Assembly: GCA_049199595.1 (NCBI GenBank)
Contig: JBMCYV010000012.1
Coordinates: 3,660-67,659, forward strand
Length of the DNA: 64,000 nucleotides
Direction: 5' to 3'
Source: Candidatus Nitrosomirales archaeon
GTDB taxonomy: Archaea; Thermoproteota; Nitrososphaeria; Nitrososphaerales; UBA213
A program made the translations under genes and the position numbers. Shown here piece by piece: positions 8,769 to 17,126 of the stretch; positions within the stretch are counted from its first letter, which is position 1, and each line of letters opens with the position of its first letter. The notes under the pieces were generated by a model, which saw nothing but the letters and a program-made list of their open reading frames with translations, had not been told where the DNA came from and did not search any database.

Positions 8769-10496
8769 ATGATGACTACAAAAAAGGGAATGAATGCAAT
8801 AACAACAACAGCATTTATGCTGTTCACGTTGAGCTTTTCAATACTGTCAGTAACAGGGCCGTCTTATTTTATGTCCGCTTCGGCAACCGATGGTGAATAC
8901 GAAGATCAAGAGCATGACTCGATGGAAGCAGAACTGGGTGAGCATAGCCACGTTGAACTCGAGCTATCGGTAGAAACAGAAGTAGAGATTGAGATCCACG
9001 AAGAGGATCTAGCCAACGGCAATTATACCATAACTTTCAATTGTACAGATCCCGAGATTTCTCAAACATTCCCCGTTCATTTTGAAGTGCTAGAAGGCCA
9101 GGGCGAGTTGGAGCATCACCTAGAACTGGCAGCTGGAATGTATGAGGGTTGCGCACTTTACATTGGTACGTTATCTGCAATCTTTGATTCGTTTACAATA
9201 GTTGAAGTACAGGAGGAAGAGCATGAGGAGCAGGAAGATGATGCCGAGCATGATGATGAAGATCACGACGATGTAGATGGTTCATACACAAATGAAGATG
9301 GTTACGTGAGAATTGAAAAGGACCTTGGTGAACACAGCGAAGTCCACTTCAAGGCAGAAGCAGGATCAGCAAGAGTCATGGTAGAAATTGAAGAGGGAGA
9401 TCTGCGAGATGGAAGATACAATGTTACTCTTGCGTGTGCTTCGCCAGATTCGTCTTTGACATTTTCTGACAAGTTACTTGTAGAAGGTGGGGAAGGCGAG
9501 TTTGAGGGTAAACTGACCCTTCGATCAGGCACTTATTCAGAGTGCATCTTAAGTGTTGGCGACCTGTCAGTCATGTTGCCCGAGTTTACGATAGTCGCAA
9601 CTGAGTATCGCCATGGACACGAGGATGAAGAAGGGGAAGACCGAACAGCAACTAGTGTTGACGTCAAGCACGATGGCATTGTGAGGTTTGAGGCCATGGT
9701 GAATCATCCTGGCTTTGAACCAGGCATGTATGATGTGCTCGTGAACTGCGAGGAGCCTGCAGGACTATCTATGCCGTTTAACGATGCGTTTGTAATGGAC
9801 GAGTACGGAAAAGGAAAATTCCGGGCTGAGACAACGTTAGGAGCAAGAAGCTACAGTGGATGTGAAGCCTCAATTGAAGAGGAATCAGGCAGAATGGTCA
9901 TCGCCACTTTTGACCCATTTAGGGTAGCGGAGGAGACGTCGCACGACGAAGATGGCGATGAGAGGACGGTAGACGAAAAACGAAAGGAGGCCAGACACGC
10001 TATCTTGGAGAGAATTGTGGCAGACGATATCCACAGGAGGCATGTTGATGCTGCAAGAGCGTCCAGCACAGGACAATATGAGCCGGGAATGGCATACAAC
10101 CTTACGTCAGCAGGGACAGCAGAAAGCCATGATGACGAGATGACAGTCGCTGAAGTTAATGCAGACGTTGGCGTATGGAAGTCAAACCGCGCCATTGTCC
10201 TGATGGATGTGCTTGGCGGTTCGGTAGTTGTGGGCGACGATAGTTATACAGTACGAGTTGGATACGCACTGTATTCGCTGCAACATGATGTGCTACGGCT
10301 AAGGGCACTTGCGACTGACGATGCCACTGGCGAGATAGTCAGTCTGAAACTGCTCGGAGCCGCGACATCCGACGATGCCTCATTTCCGATGACCGAAGGA
10401 GAAGCAATGGAGCTACAGTTTGAAGGAAATAGCGAAAGGTTCTCAAATCAGATAGGAAGCTGGGAACTCTTCCTGGATGGAAGTATCGAGGCATAG
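8769..10496 (+). CDS. secreted, highly acidic protein with three ~90-aa two-Cys repeats
   Basis: Signal peptide. Repeats lie at about 8931-9203, 9321-9593 and 9675-9923 (ELGEHSHVELE..NYTITFNC..YEGC..FTIV; DLGEHSEVHFK..RYNVTLAC..YSEC..FTIV; a third, degenerate copy). E/D/H-rich linkers. Confidence 0.8.
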   Translation: MMTTKKGMNAITTTAFMLFTLSFSILSVTGPSYFMSASATDGEYEDQEHDSMEAELGEHSHVELELSVETEVEIEIHEEDLANGNYTITFNCTDPEISQTFPVHFEVLEGQGELEHHLELAAGMYEGCALYIGTLSAIFDSFTIVEVQEEEHEEQEDDAEHDDEDHDDVDGSYTNEDGYVRIEKDLGEHSEVHFKAEAGSARVMVEIEEGDLRDGRYNVTLACASPDSSLTFSDKLLVEGGEGEFEGKLTLRSGTYSECILSVGDLSVMLPEFTIVATEYRHGHEDEEGEDRTATSVDVKHDGIVRFEAMVNHPGFEPGMYDVLVNCEEPAGLSMPFNDAFVMDEYGKGKFRAETTLGARSYSGCEASIEEESGRMVIATFDPFRVAEETSHDEDGDERTVDEKRKEARHAILERIVADDIHRRHVDAARASSTGQYEPGMAYNLTSAGTAESHDDEMTVAEVNADVGVWKSNRAIVLMDVLGGSVVVGDDSYTVRVGYALYSLQHDVLRLRALATDDATGEIVSLKLLGAATSDDASFPMTEGEAMELQFEGNSERFSNQIGSWELFLDGSIEA

Positions 10497-10523
10497 CCTC
10501 ATCCTTTCCTTCCCACCTTTTTC

Positions 10524-10902
10524 GTCATGAAATGTCGGAAAGCATCCGGTGGGACATTATTTCTGTTATAACCCCACTGACTCCACATGATCTCCCAATT
10601 TTTCCAAGCTCTTAATGATTGGCTATATCGTCTGTAATGTACTGAATCATTACATCTCGAAATTGATATTGTATGACTCTGGGCAATTCAATGATGTCGC
10701 AAAGGGAGATTTACTCTGTTAGATCTTTTAACAAGCCAGCCTCCAAACATGCCAAGAAGAATGTCACATGCATAAGCTGCGACGAACATGCAACCAAAGA
10801 GATAACCTTCTTGATACAAGAACAAGATGTAATGGTAACAGAAAGATATTGCAACAATTGCGCAGATGCAATAGTTGCGGAAAATAAACAAAGCTAGCCA
10901 AG
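10524..10902. repeat. dispersed segmental duplication B, copy 1 (pairs with 14790..15172)
   Basis: About 380 nt alignable by eye to 14790..15172 at roughly 85-90% identity. It covers an upstream region plus a small CxxC ORF. Homology ends at AGCTAGCCAAG. Confidence 0.85.
10691..10897 (+). CDS. small zinc-ribbon-like protein (CxxC...CxxC)
   Basis: MMSQREIYSVRSFNKPASKHAKKNVTCISCDEHATKEITFLIQEQDVMVTERYCNNCADAIVAENKQS. The conserved MMSQ start is shared with the paralog at 14961. The ORF track starts at 10673. Confidence 0.55.
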   Translation: MMSQREIYSVRSFNKPASKHAKKNVTCISCDEHATKEITFLIQEQDVMVTERYCNNCADAIVAENKQS

Positions 10903-11304
10903 TATTCTCAGCATCTCCTCAACTTCGACTATTCTAGTGCGCCTGAACCTTCTCAGTTGAAGCAGATGCCTGTCTCCTGACACTATGTAGCTTGCCCTTG
11001 CGTCATATGCTGTCCTCAGGATAACGTCATCATCCGGATCTTGCTCTATTACGCTGAAACTTGATGTTGTGTGCAATATCTTTGCCGCAGTAGCGATGTT
11101 GTGTAAAAAATCAGCAATGTCCTGCTGGACAACATACCTCTGTATCCTGGCCTCGTTTGCAACCATGACAAACTCTTCCAGAATTTCCTCTGATGTAATC
11201 AGTTGGTGTTTTTTGCTTTTGATTATTCTAAAAACAAGCCGTCTAGGCGCTCCTTCCTTGATCAGAGCCGACACAAGCACGTTAGTGTCGAGCACTATCT
11301 TCAT
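10894..11304 (-). CDS. vapC: PIN-domain toxin (VapC-like)
   Basis: MKIVLDTNVLVSAL..ITSEEILEEF..DPDDDVILRTAYDARASYIVSGDRHLL shows the PIN acidic residues in their typical positions. A 4-nt ATGA overlap joins it to the upstream antitoxin gene. Confidence 0.85.
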   Translation of the reverse strand: MKIVLDTNVLVSALIKEGAPRRLVFRIIKSKKHQLITSEEILEEFVMVANEARIQRYVVQQDIADFLHNIATAAKILHTTSSFSVIEQDPDDDVILRTAYDARASYIVSGDRHLLQLRRFRRTRIVEVEEMLRILG

Positions 11305-11594
11305 GCTGCTGCCTGTCTTCTCTTGCGCCTGCTTTCTTGTATTATCTGGTTAATATCCTCATCAGACAGCGGGCCGTACTTCGCCACCTTTTTGTCAACC
11401 TTCGCATAAAGCCTTTCCAGATCTTTGGCTACATCAGGTATATCCATCTTTTTCATAATGACGGCGTCATCGTAGCCGTAGACTAGAAGTTTTGTCTTTG
11501 GTCCTATGCCTAGCTTTTGCCTTATTGACTGGGGAATTACCACCTGCCCCTTGCCACTTACAACGGTGACTTCAGCTTCCTCATATTTGGCCAT
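11301..11594 (-). CDS. vapB: AbrB/SpoVT-family antitoxin (VapB-like)
   Basis: VVSGKGQVVIPQSIRQKLGIGPKTKLLV is a swapped-hairpin AbrB/MazE motif. It is translationally coupled to the PIN gene. Confidence 0.85.
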   Translation of the reverse strand: MAKYEEAEVTVVSGKGQVVIPQSIRQKLGIGPKTKLLVYGYDDAVIMKKMDIPDVAKDLERLYAKVDKKVAKYGPLSDEDINQIIQESRRKRRQAAA

Positions 11595-11847
11595 GCTTTG
11601 CCACTAGTGGTATTCTTACTTTCTTACTTAATATAGATGATGGTCAGGAATTGGACACAACCGCCATCTGGCTATTCTCGAGGATTGAAGGTCTGCTGTG
11701 TTTGTCCAGTTTGGACGCATACGGCAGCTACAAGCCCACATGCTTCAGCGGTGGGAGTAGTCAATACCTGTCTTTGTAGCCATTCCAGAGCCTCCAGCTC
11801 ATTGTACAGTCCCAGCTGGCTAACATCTCTAAATTCTTCAACCTCCG

Positions 11848-13083
11848 CTATATTCGTAGGCCACCGAATCTATGGAACCTACTTGTCGCTACGATTGTTC
11901 CGACGATCGCCATTGACACTACCATGATCGCTAGCGAGCCAAACTCTGGAACTATGAAGGTACCTGCGATCTCGACTTCCCCAGCTCCATCTTCGAACTC
12001 AATTTCAAGAACCCTTGCATCTGCAGTAGAGTCTATCTCGGTGAAAGTGGCCGATTCACCATCGACAAATACAGTGAATTCATTATCTGCGTCGATCACT
12101 TCAGTCGGCAGCCAGACGGTGAGGGTGCCACTTGCATTAGAGGAGATGGTAACAATTAGACTCTTTGAATCAATGTCTGCAGTGACTTGCTGCACAGTGC
12201 CTCCTGTAACTTCGTATGGAATATCGTATGCCTGACCTTCTATTTCGACAGAGACGGTCTGCGGCGCCGGTTCAGGCTCTTCTCCTCCAACCATGGACGT
12301 ACCCACTATTTCGACTTCCTCTGTCCCATTCTCAAATTCAATCTGGAGAACTCTGGAATCTGCGGTTGGCTCTAATTCGTCAACAACAAAATTCCCGAAT
12401 TCACCATCAATAAATACCGAGAACTCGTCCTCTGCATCTATCACATCGGTTGGAAGCCAGATAGTGAGATTACCGTCTGACGTAGAAGAAATGGCAATCA
12501 GCAAAGTTTCCAGCGCGGGCTCCGCAGTTAGCTCATCTAGAGTGCCTCCACTTATCGTGTATTGAATGTCAAACTCTTGGTCTCCAATTACTAATGTTGC
12601 AGTCTCCTCTGATCCTCCATCTGGAGCAGGGGTAGACTCGCATGATACTTGCCCTCTAATTTCACCATCCGGATTGGCTTGGGTGTGGATGTTAATGTAC
12701 AACAGTCCTTCGAGCAACGAAGACGCCTGCTCTGGAGTTAATTCAGCTGACCCTTCCATTGGTGAAACTAGGCCAGAGACTTCACCTATGTTCACCTGTA
12801 CTCCAGCGTTAGTCCCAGCATTAGCGGGCCCATGGAAATGCGCCGCAGTGGCAGGTCCTGACAGACCAGAAAACTCTATTGACCATGATAATTCGTTATT
12901 GGATGGATCAAACTCCATGGTTGCCGATCCGGTACCGTCAGTGTTTACAGGAGGCACTTCTTGGGACCCATCGAGCGATGCCGTGCAGCTGGTAGAGGTG
13001 GTCGAGTATGCTGTATTTGGACTGGTGATGGAAAACATTCCAATCAGCAACACCGCGCCTAAAAAGATTGTGATCGCGTTCAA
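11848..13083 (-). CDS. secreted CHRD-domain protein with two ~105-aa repeats and a PEFG C-terminal sorting signal
   Basis: Signal peptide. CHRD-like LDGSQEVPPVNTDGTGSATMEFD..ELSWSIEFSGLSGPATAAHFHGPA..LYINIHT..PDGEIRGQV. Two repeats (..LTIWLPTDVIDAEDEFSVFIDGE..LQIEFENGTEEVEIVGT / ..LTVWLPTEVIDADNEFTVFVDGE..LEIEFEDGAGEVEIAGT). Ends IVPEFGSLAIMVVSMAIVGTIVATSRFHRF. Confidence 0.85.
   Translation of the reverse strand: MNAITIFLGAVLLIGMFSITSPNTAYSTTSTSCTASLDGSQEVPPVNTDGTGSATMEFDPSNNELSWSIEFSGLSGPATAAHFHGPANAGTNAGVQVNIGEVSGLVSPMEGSAELTPEQASSLLEGLLYINIHTQANPDGEIRGQVSCESTPAPDGGSEETATLVIGDQEFDIQYTISGGTLDELTAEPALETLLIAISSTSDGNLTIWLPTDVIDAEDEFSVFIDGEFGNFVVDELEPTADSRVLQIEFENGTEEVEIVGTSMVGGEEPEPAPQTVSVEIEGQAYDIPYEVTGGTVQQVTADIDSKSLIVTISSNASGTLTVWLPTEVIDADNEFTVFVDGESATFTEIDSTADARVLEIEFEDGAGEVEIAGTFIVPEFGSLAIMVVSMAIVGTIVATSRFHRFGGLRI
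11851..11952 (-). other. C-terminal sorting signal, PEFG class
   Basis: VPEFG + ~20 hydrophobic residues + SRFHRFGGLRI, at the extreme C-terminus. Confidence 0.65.
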
Positions 13084-13245
13084 TGATTGTGGAAGAACTT
13101 TATGTTACTTATTCTTTGCGACAAGTTATGGCAAAATCTTAAATACAATGAACGTTCGCACTGTTAACTTGGGGGTTCGTCTACGCAGCATCAGAGAATA
13201 AACATTGGCAAACTAGGGGAAGCAGAACCTCTACTCTTCCTGCCC

Positions 13246-13771
13246 TTATCCAATCACGCCTCGTGGATCTATGCCAACTTCCTGCAATAACAAACCTATC
13301 AGTTTCCGCGCCTTCAGAATGATGTTTTCCTTTCCTTTCTTTTACGACTGTAAATTACCTCTAGCTATAGCATACGAACGCTAGAAGATAACACCAGATC
13401 CCTATTATAATTCGGTGAATAGCGCGCTCATGTGAGTCAACGTAGTCTGATCGAACGATTGGACAAGCTCTATCTATGTACAGAATGCAGAGAGGCATTT
13501 CTATTCAGATCTGATATGGAAGATCACGAGCTAATATTGGAACACAGCGACTTTACAGTCATGTCGTTTGAATAATTGACAAGCCCTACTCGCCAGCGAC
13601 TTGTGCAGGCTGCCGGCTTTCTGGCTTGATTTGGCACTCGTTCTTTAGGTCGGTATCTGTACCTGCTTCTGTACAAAGGGTTTTCGCAGTAAACTCTGCG
13701 GCTTCAATTCTGGTTCGCCAGACTCAAGTTCCTTAATGGATATTTCATAGGCAGTCATTATCATAATTTTG
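13246..13771. repeat. dispersed segmental duplication A, copy 2
   Basis: See 4527..5076. Both copies have the same orientation. Confidence 0.85.
13432..13575 (+). CDS. small (47 aa) C2H2-type zinc-finger protein, paralog of 4711..4854
   Basis: VSQRSLIERLDKLYLCTECREAFLFRSDMEDHELILEHSDFTVMSFE. The same TATA-like box lies 30 nt upstream (13402-13411). Confidence 0.6.
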   Translation: MSQRSLIERLDKLYLCTECREAFLFRSDMEDHELILEHSDFTVMSFE

Positions 13772-13839
13772 GTAGTGTTTCCTTGACGGGTGTTATCTTC
13801 GGGTGTTGCAGAATAGGCGGTAGGCAAGGCTTGGTTCAA
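13645..13839 (-). pseudogene. response-regulator receiver remnant
   Basis: It retains only ..KIMIMTAYEISIKELE..LRKPF. The N-terminal two thirds of a receiver domain are absent. Confidence 0.55.
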
Positions 13840-13944
13840 TCCTTCGCCGTATGTGTCTGCGCTGCCTATGTGTCATAGTTCCAGCCTAAACAGTAAAGTC
13901 TCAATGGCGTTGGTAATATGGCGTTAGTTCCTAATTAGGAATAC

Positions 13945-14556
13945 TCAGGTATCAAACACCATTATCCCGGTACGCACTATGTTTAATTCTTCTGAAGCTA
14001 CGCATGCATTTCGTATAGTAACAGTGACTGTGTCGTCGACAGGTATACCGGGTTCAGCCCAATCCAAAACAAAACAGTGTGAGGTATTCACATCATCAAT
14101 TGTCGCGAAGGCGACATCTTGGTCGTCTGCTCCCAGAACTTCACAACTATACTCCACGGTTGCACCGGCATTGACAAGCAAACCCTGAAAGTCCCGCACG
14201 CATTCCTCGAATATCAACTGAGTTACGCCCTGTATTTCACTTGCCCCTACGGCGTCTGCACCGATGTCAGCAGCCGTTACCGAACCATCCTTTATCTTTG
14301 AAGTTGTTACCGCATTAGCTCCAATGTCTGCATTGAGTACCGAACCGTCATTTATTTTTGCACTTGTTATGGCACCTAGACCTATATCGCTATTCTTTAC
14401 TTCACCATTTTTAATGTCCTGTGAGAGTATGGATTCGTCAATGATGTCAGACGACCCTACAGTGTCTGCAGCATACGCCCTCAGCTCTGGCGAAGCAACA
14501 AAAGCGCCAGCTATGAAGGCAGCCACAATTATTCCACCTATCTTTAGGCTGATCAT
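13945..14556 (-). CDS. secreted or anchored protein with ~13-aa D-I-G/A-V-T repeats
   Basis: N-terminal hydrophobic anchor. Five to six tandem ~13-residue units (KNSDIGLGAITSA KINDGSVLNADIG ANAVTTSKIKDGS VTAADIGADAVGA). Cys-containing C-terminal domain. Confidence 0.7.
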   Translation of the reverse strand: MISLKIGGIIVAAFIAGAFVASPELRAYAADTVGSSDIIDESILSQDIKNGEVKNSDIGLGAITSAKINDGSVLNADIGANAVTTSKIKDGSVTAADIGADAVGASEIQGVTQLIFEECVRDFQGLLVNAGATVEYSCEVLGADDQDVAFATIDDVNTSHCFVLDWAEPGIPVDDTVTVTIRNACVASEELNIVRTGIMVFDT

Positions 14557-14789
14557 GCTTTCACGTTAGCTAATGCGTGTATAAAACAAGGTATGGAACA
14601 TCATCCTTTCATTTATCTACTGACAGCTTCAGCAATTCCTTCCATCCCTTTGCTTGCAATCCTGCCGCGTTGGCAGGCGTCTTTCCTCCTAGTGCCATGA
14701 AAGAATTGAAACTCGAGATAACTGCTATGATAGCCCAGATCCAGGCAGAGGTAGTAGCAGCCTCGGTTGCAAAGTAGGCCTCTCCAGCG

Positions 14790-15172
14790 TTATGAAATGT
14801 CGGAAAGCTTCTGGTGGGACATTGTTTCTGCTATAACCCCGCTGACTCAAATGATCTCACCATTTTTCCAAGCTCTGGTTAAGGCTTGGCTCTATCGTCT
14901 TTAATGTACTGAATTATTACATGTCGAAGTTCATATTTGATTGATCCCTTGGGCAAGTCAATGATGTCGCAAAGGGAGATTTACTCTATTAGCTCTTTTG
15001 ACAAGCCAGCCTCCAAACATGCCAAGAAGACTGTCACATGCCTAAGCTACGACGAACCGGCCTCGAAGGAAATCACTTTTTTGATACAAGAACAAGATGT
15101 AATGGTAACAGAAAGATATTGCAACAATTGCGCAGATGCAATAGTTGCAGAAGATAAACAAAGCTAGCCAAG
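14790..15172. repeat. dispersed segmental duplication B, copy 2
   Basis: See 10524..10902. Confidence 0.85.
14961..15167 (+). CDS. small zinc-ribbon-like protein paralog with a degenerate first CxxC
   Basis: MMSQREIYSISSFDKPASKHAKKTVTCLSYDEPASKEITFLIQEQDVMVTERYCNNCADAIVAEDKQS. The second Cys of the first knuckle is Tyr. Confidence 0.45.
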   Translation: MMSQREIYSISSFDKPASKHAKKTVTCLSYDEPASKEITFLIQEQDVMVTERYCNNCADAIVAEDKQS

Positions 15173-15537
15173 GTCAGCTTTCTGGCAATCCAAGTGGTAT
15201 TGAGGTTTGGCTAGGGTGGTGAATAAACATATTTTGTCTCATAGCATGGTAATTCTATAACATGTGTATATGAAAATACACGCACCTTATCTTAACACCG
15301 GCAATATGATCCAAATATGTGCAGCTGTATATTCGGGAGGAGCACTTCGTCAACCAAAATAGCTTGCTCGTGAAATTCAAAACTATGATTTTCGGGCATA
15401 CCAAGTTATGTCGATATCGTGGGCTGCAATTCTACGCATTTCGATGTCCGGTACATGGGCTAGTAGTAGACTATGTGCATGGAAACAGCAACTACCTAGC
15501 TTGTCATTATTGTACTTCTGATTAACTGACTAGCAGG

Positions 15538-15753
15538 CTAATCAGCATATTTTCTTGTTATAGTATTATCGCTTACTGGCAGATCAATGCACCGGTAAAG
15601 AAATGATATATTGCGCAGCTCCAATATCTGCTTGTCATTAATGTCGGTCTGCACTAGATCAGCAATATCGTACCCGAGTTCCTCAAGCTCTCTCAATGCG
15701 TATAGTACGGCAGTTGGTGCTGAAAGGCAAACGTCAATTAATCGTGTAGGCAA
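15538..15753 (-). CDS. small hypothetical protein, paralog of 26067..26288
   Basis: Shared core A.R.LE.LGYDI..L.Q.....Q..ELRN..F.YR....P between the two ORFs. Confidence 0.45.
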   Translation of the reverse strand: MPTRLIDVCLSAPTAVLYALRELEELGYDIADLVQTDINDKQILELRNISFLYRCIDLPVSDNTITRKYAD

Positions 15754-15880
15754 TTTGCAATAACTAAATGATCAAGATATTTAGAGTTTGAGAAGGCTGT
15801 GTTACATGACAAGTCCAATGATGTACTAGAACTTCCTGATTATCATTCTTTATTGCAATCATTGGGGAGAAGCCTACTGC

Positions 15881-16762
15881 CTAATTTTGTAATGGCAAAA
15901 ATACCCAATATTTTCGACCCTTAAAACCGACAGTAGCTATCGTAGAGTGAGCGAAGGAAAAGAACTGGGTCAGTTCTTCCGCGTTAGGTTCATACATTCC
16001 ATCCAAGCAGGCACGTTTTAGCCAACCATAGTCCGTAGTTGAATCAAGGTCTAGATGATTAAATTGAATGTTATTCTTATTGTCGCTACCTCTTGCAGCT
16101 TTTAGTTGCAACTCCAATCCCTGAATCAGGAAATCGTTAGGTGGATCTCTAGTAGTCTTCTTTAGACGATCAGTGGCCAACCGCTTAACCACTTCATCGA
16201 CTTGCTCCTGCACGTTTGAATAATCCTGTCTAATCACTAATCTTGAGGGTGAGCCGGCGAGTTGCTTGACAAGTCTTGTCATGTATTCGGGAATTTTTTC
16301 CCTTAACAGAGCTAGGCCTACATCTTTCTTAGCCGGGCCAATCGGATTATCAAGAATCCAATTCATATCACAGCCATGCACTGCATCAAGAGTGAAATTA
16401 TCTTTAGAATAGGACAATATCTTGTGTGCAAGACAGTCGCTGCATACGTCAGCCTTCAAGCCAACGCTTTCACCTTTACGCATTAATTCGTCCAATTTGG
16501 GGACTACATCCTTTATTTTCTCAAAAGAATTTTGAACTAGGGTATCGAAAAATTGTTGGTTTCTGCCTAGTTGCGATGCTGGCAATCCAGATGGTCTGCT
16601 ATAGCTTGGGTATGGCAGTATTCCTGCTTGGACTTTGAGCGTGTAATCCATTATGTCTAGCGGCTCACCATGACCCTGATGCTTGCTTAGGATATGGCGA
16701 ATTACATTTTGCTTTCTGCTAGATTTCATTCCACAGCTGCTGCATACCGACTCGTTTGCCAT
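15881..16762 (-). CDS. hypothetical protein with N-terminal classical C2H2 zinc finger
   Basis: CSSCGMKSSRKQNVIRHILSKH, i.e. C-x2-C-x12-H-x4-H, at aa 7-28. The remaining 265 aa are not recognised. Confidence 0.6.
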   Translation of the reverse strand: MANESVCSSCGMKSSRKQNVIRHILSKHQGHGEPLDIMDYTLKVQAGILPYPSYSRPSGLPASQLGRNQQFFDTLVQNSFEKIKDVVPKLDELMRKGESVGLKADVCSDCLAHKILSYSKDNFTLDAVHGCDMNWILDNPIGPAKKDVGLALLREKIPEYMTRLVKQLAGSPSRLVIRQDYSNVQEQVDEVVKRLATDRLKKTTRDPPNDFLIQGLELQLKAARGSDNKNNIQFNHLDLDSTTDYGWLKRACLDGMYEPNAEELTQFFSFAHSTIATVGFKGRKYWVFLPLQN

Positions 16763-17092
16763 GGTGTTATTAGCAGCGCTCCGAGTGACTCTGCGTCACT
16801 CGTACTATTCGTAGACGCTAATAAACCTAACCTTTCGAGAATATTCGCTACTCTGGAATATTCTGGCTGCAATTCGCAACATCAAAATGTTGCATCAACA
16901 AAACGAGCGCCACGTCCACAAAAGAAAAAATATGAAATATTTAAGCAACAGCCTATTGGCGATTGTCGATTAGAATTCTGGCAGAAAATTGCTTGTTCAA
17001 TGTTGCCATAAAAAGCCAGAATGCAACACCACATGTAGTAGTTGTTACTGTATTCAGCCTATGTATTTTGACCGTAACAGAGTATAACAAGG

Positions 17093-17100
17093 TATAATAA
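17093..17100 (+). promoter_or_regulatory. TATA-like box (TATAATAA) upstream of 17127..19835
   Basis: About 27-34 nt upstream of the GTG start. Confidence 0.3.
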
Positions 17101-17126
17101 CAATTTTCCATAGAGCGTCCGCGTAC

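Noticed and set aside
12566-13201. 211-aa plus-strand ORF, with similar long antisense ORFs at 6754..7269, 19165..19833, 57516..58295 and 60492..61025.
   Set aside because: They lie entirely opposite strongly supported repeat-rich genes. They have Ser/Pro/Ala-rich shadow composition and no start context or motifs. They are typical antisense artefacts.
4527-15172. Possibility that repeats A and B are ends of a mobile element or integrated virus or plasmid.
   Set aside because: No integrase, transposase, replication or capsid-like ORF, terminal inverted repeat or target-site duplication could be identified between or beside the copies.
15319-15525. 68-aa ORF with scattered Cys/His (LCRY..RCPVHG..ACHYC).
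   Set aside because: GTG start, no promoter-like box, no paralog, irregular Cys spacing. Too weak to report as a feature.
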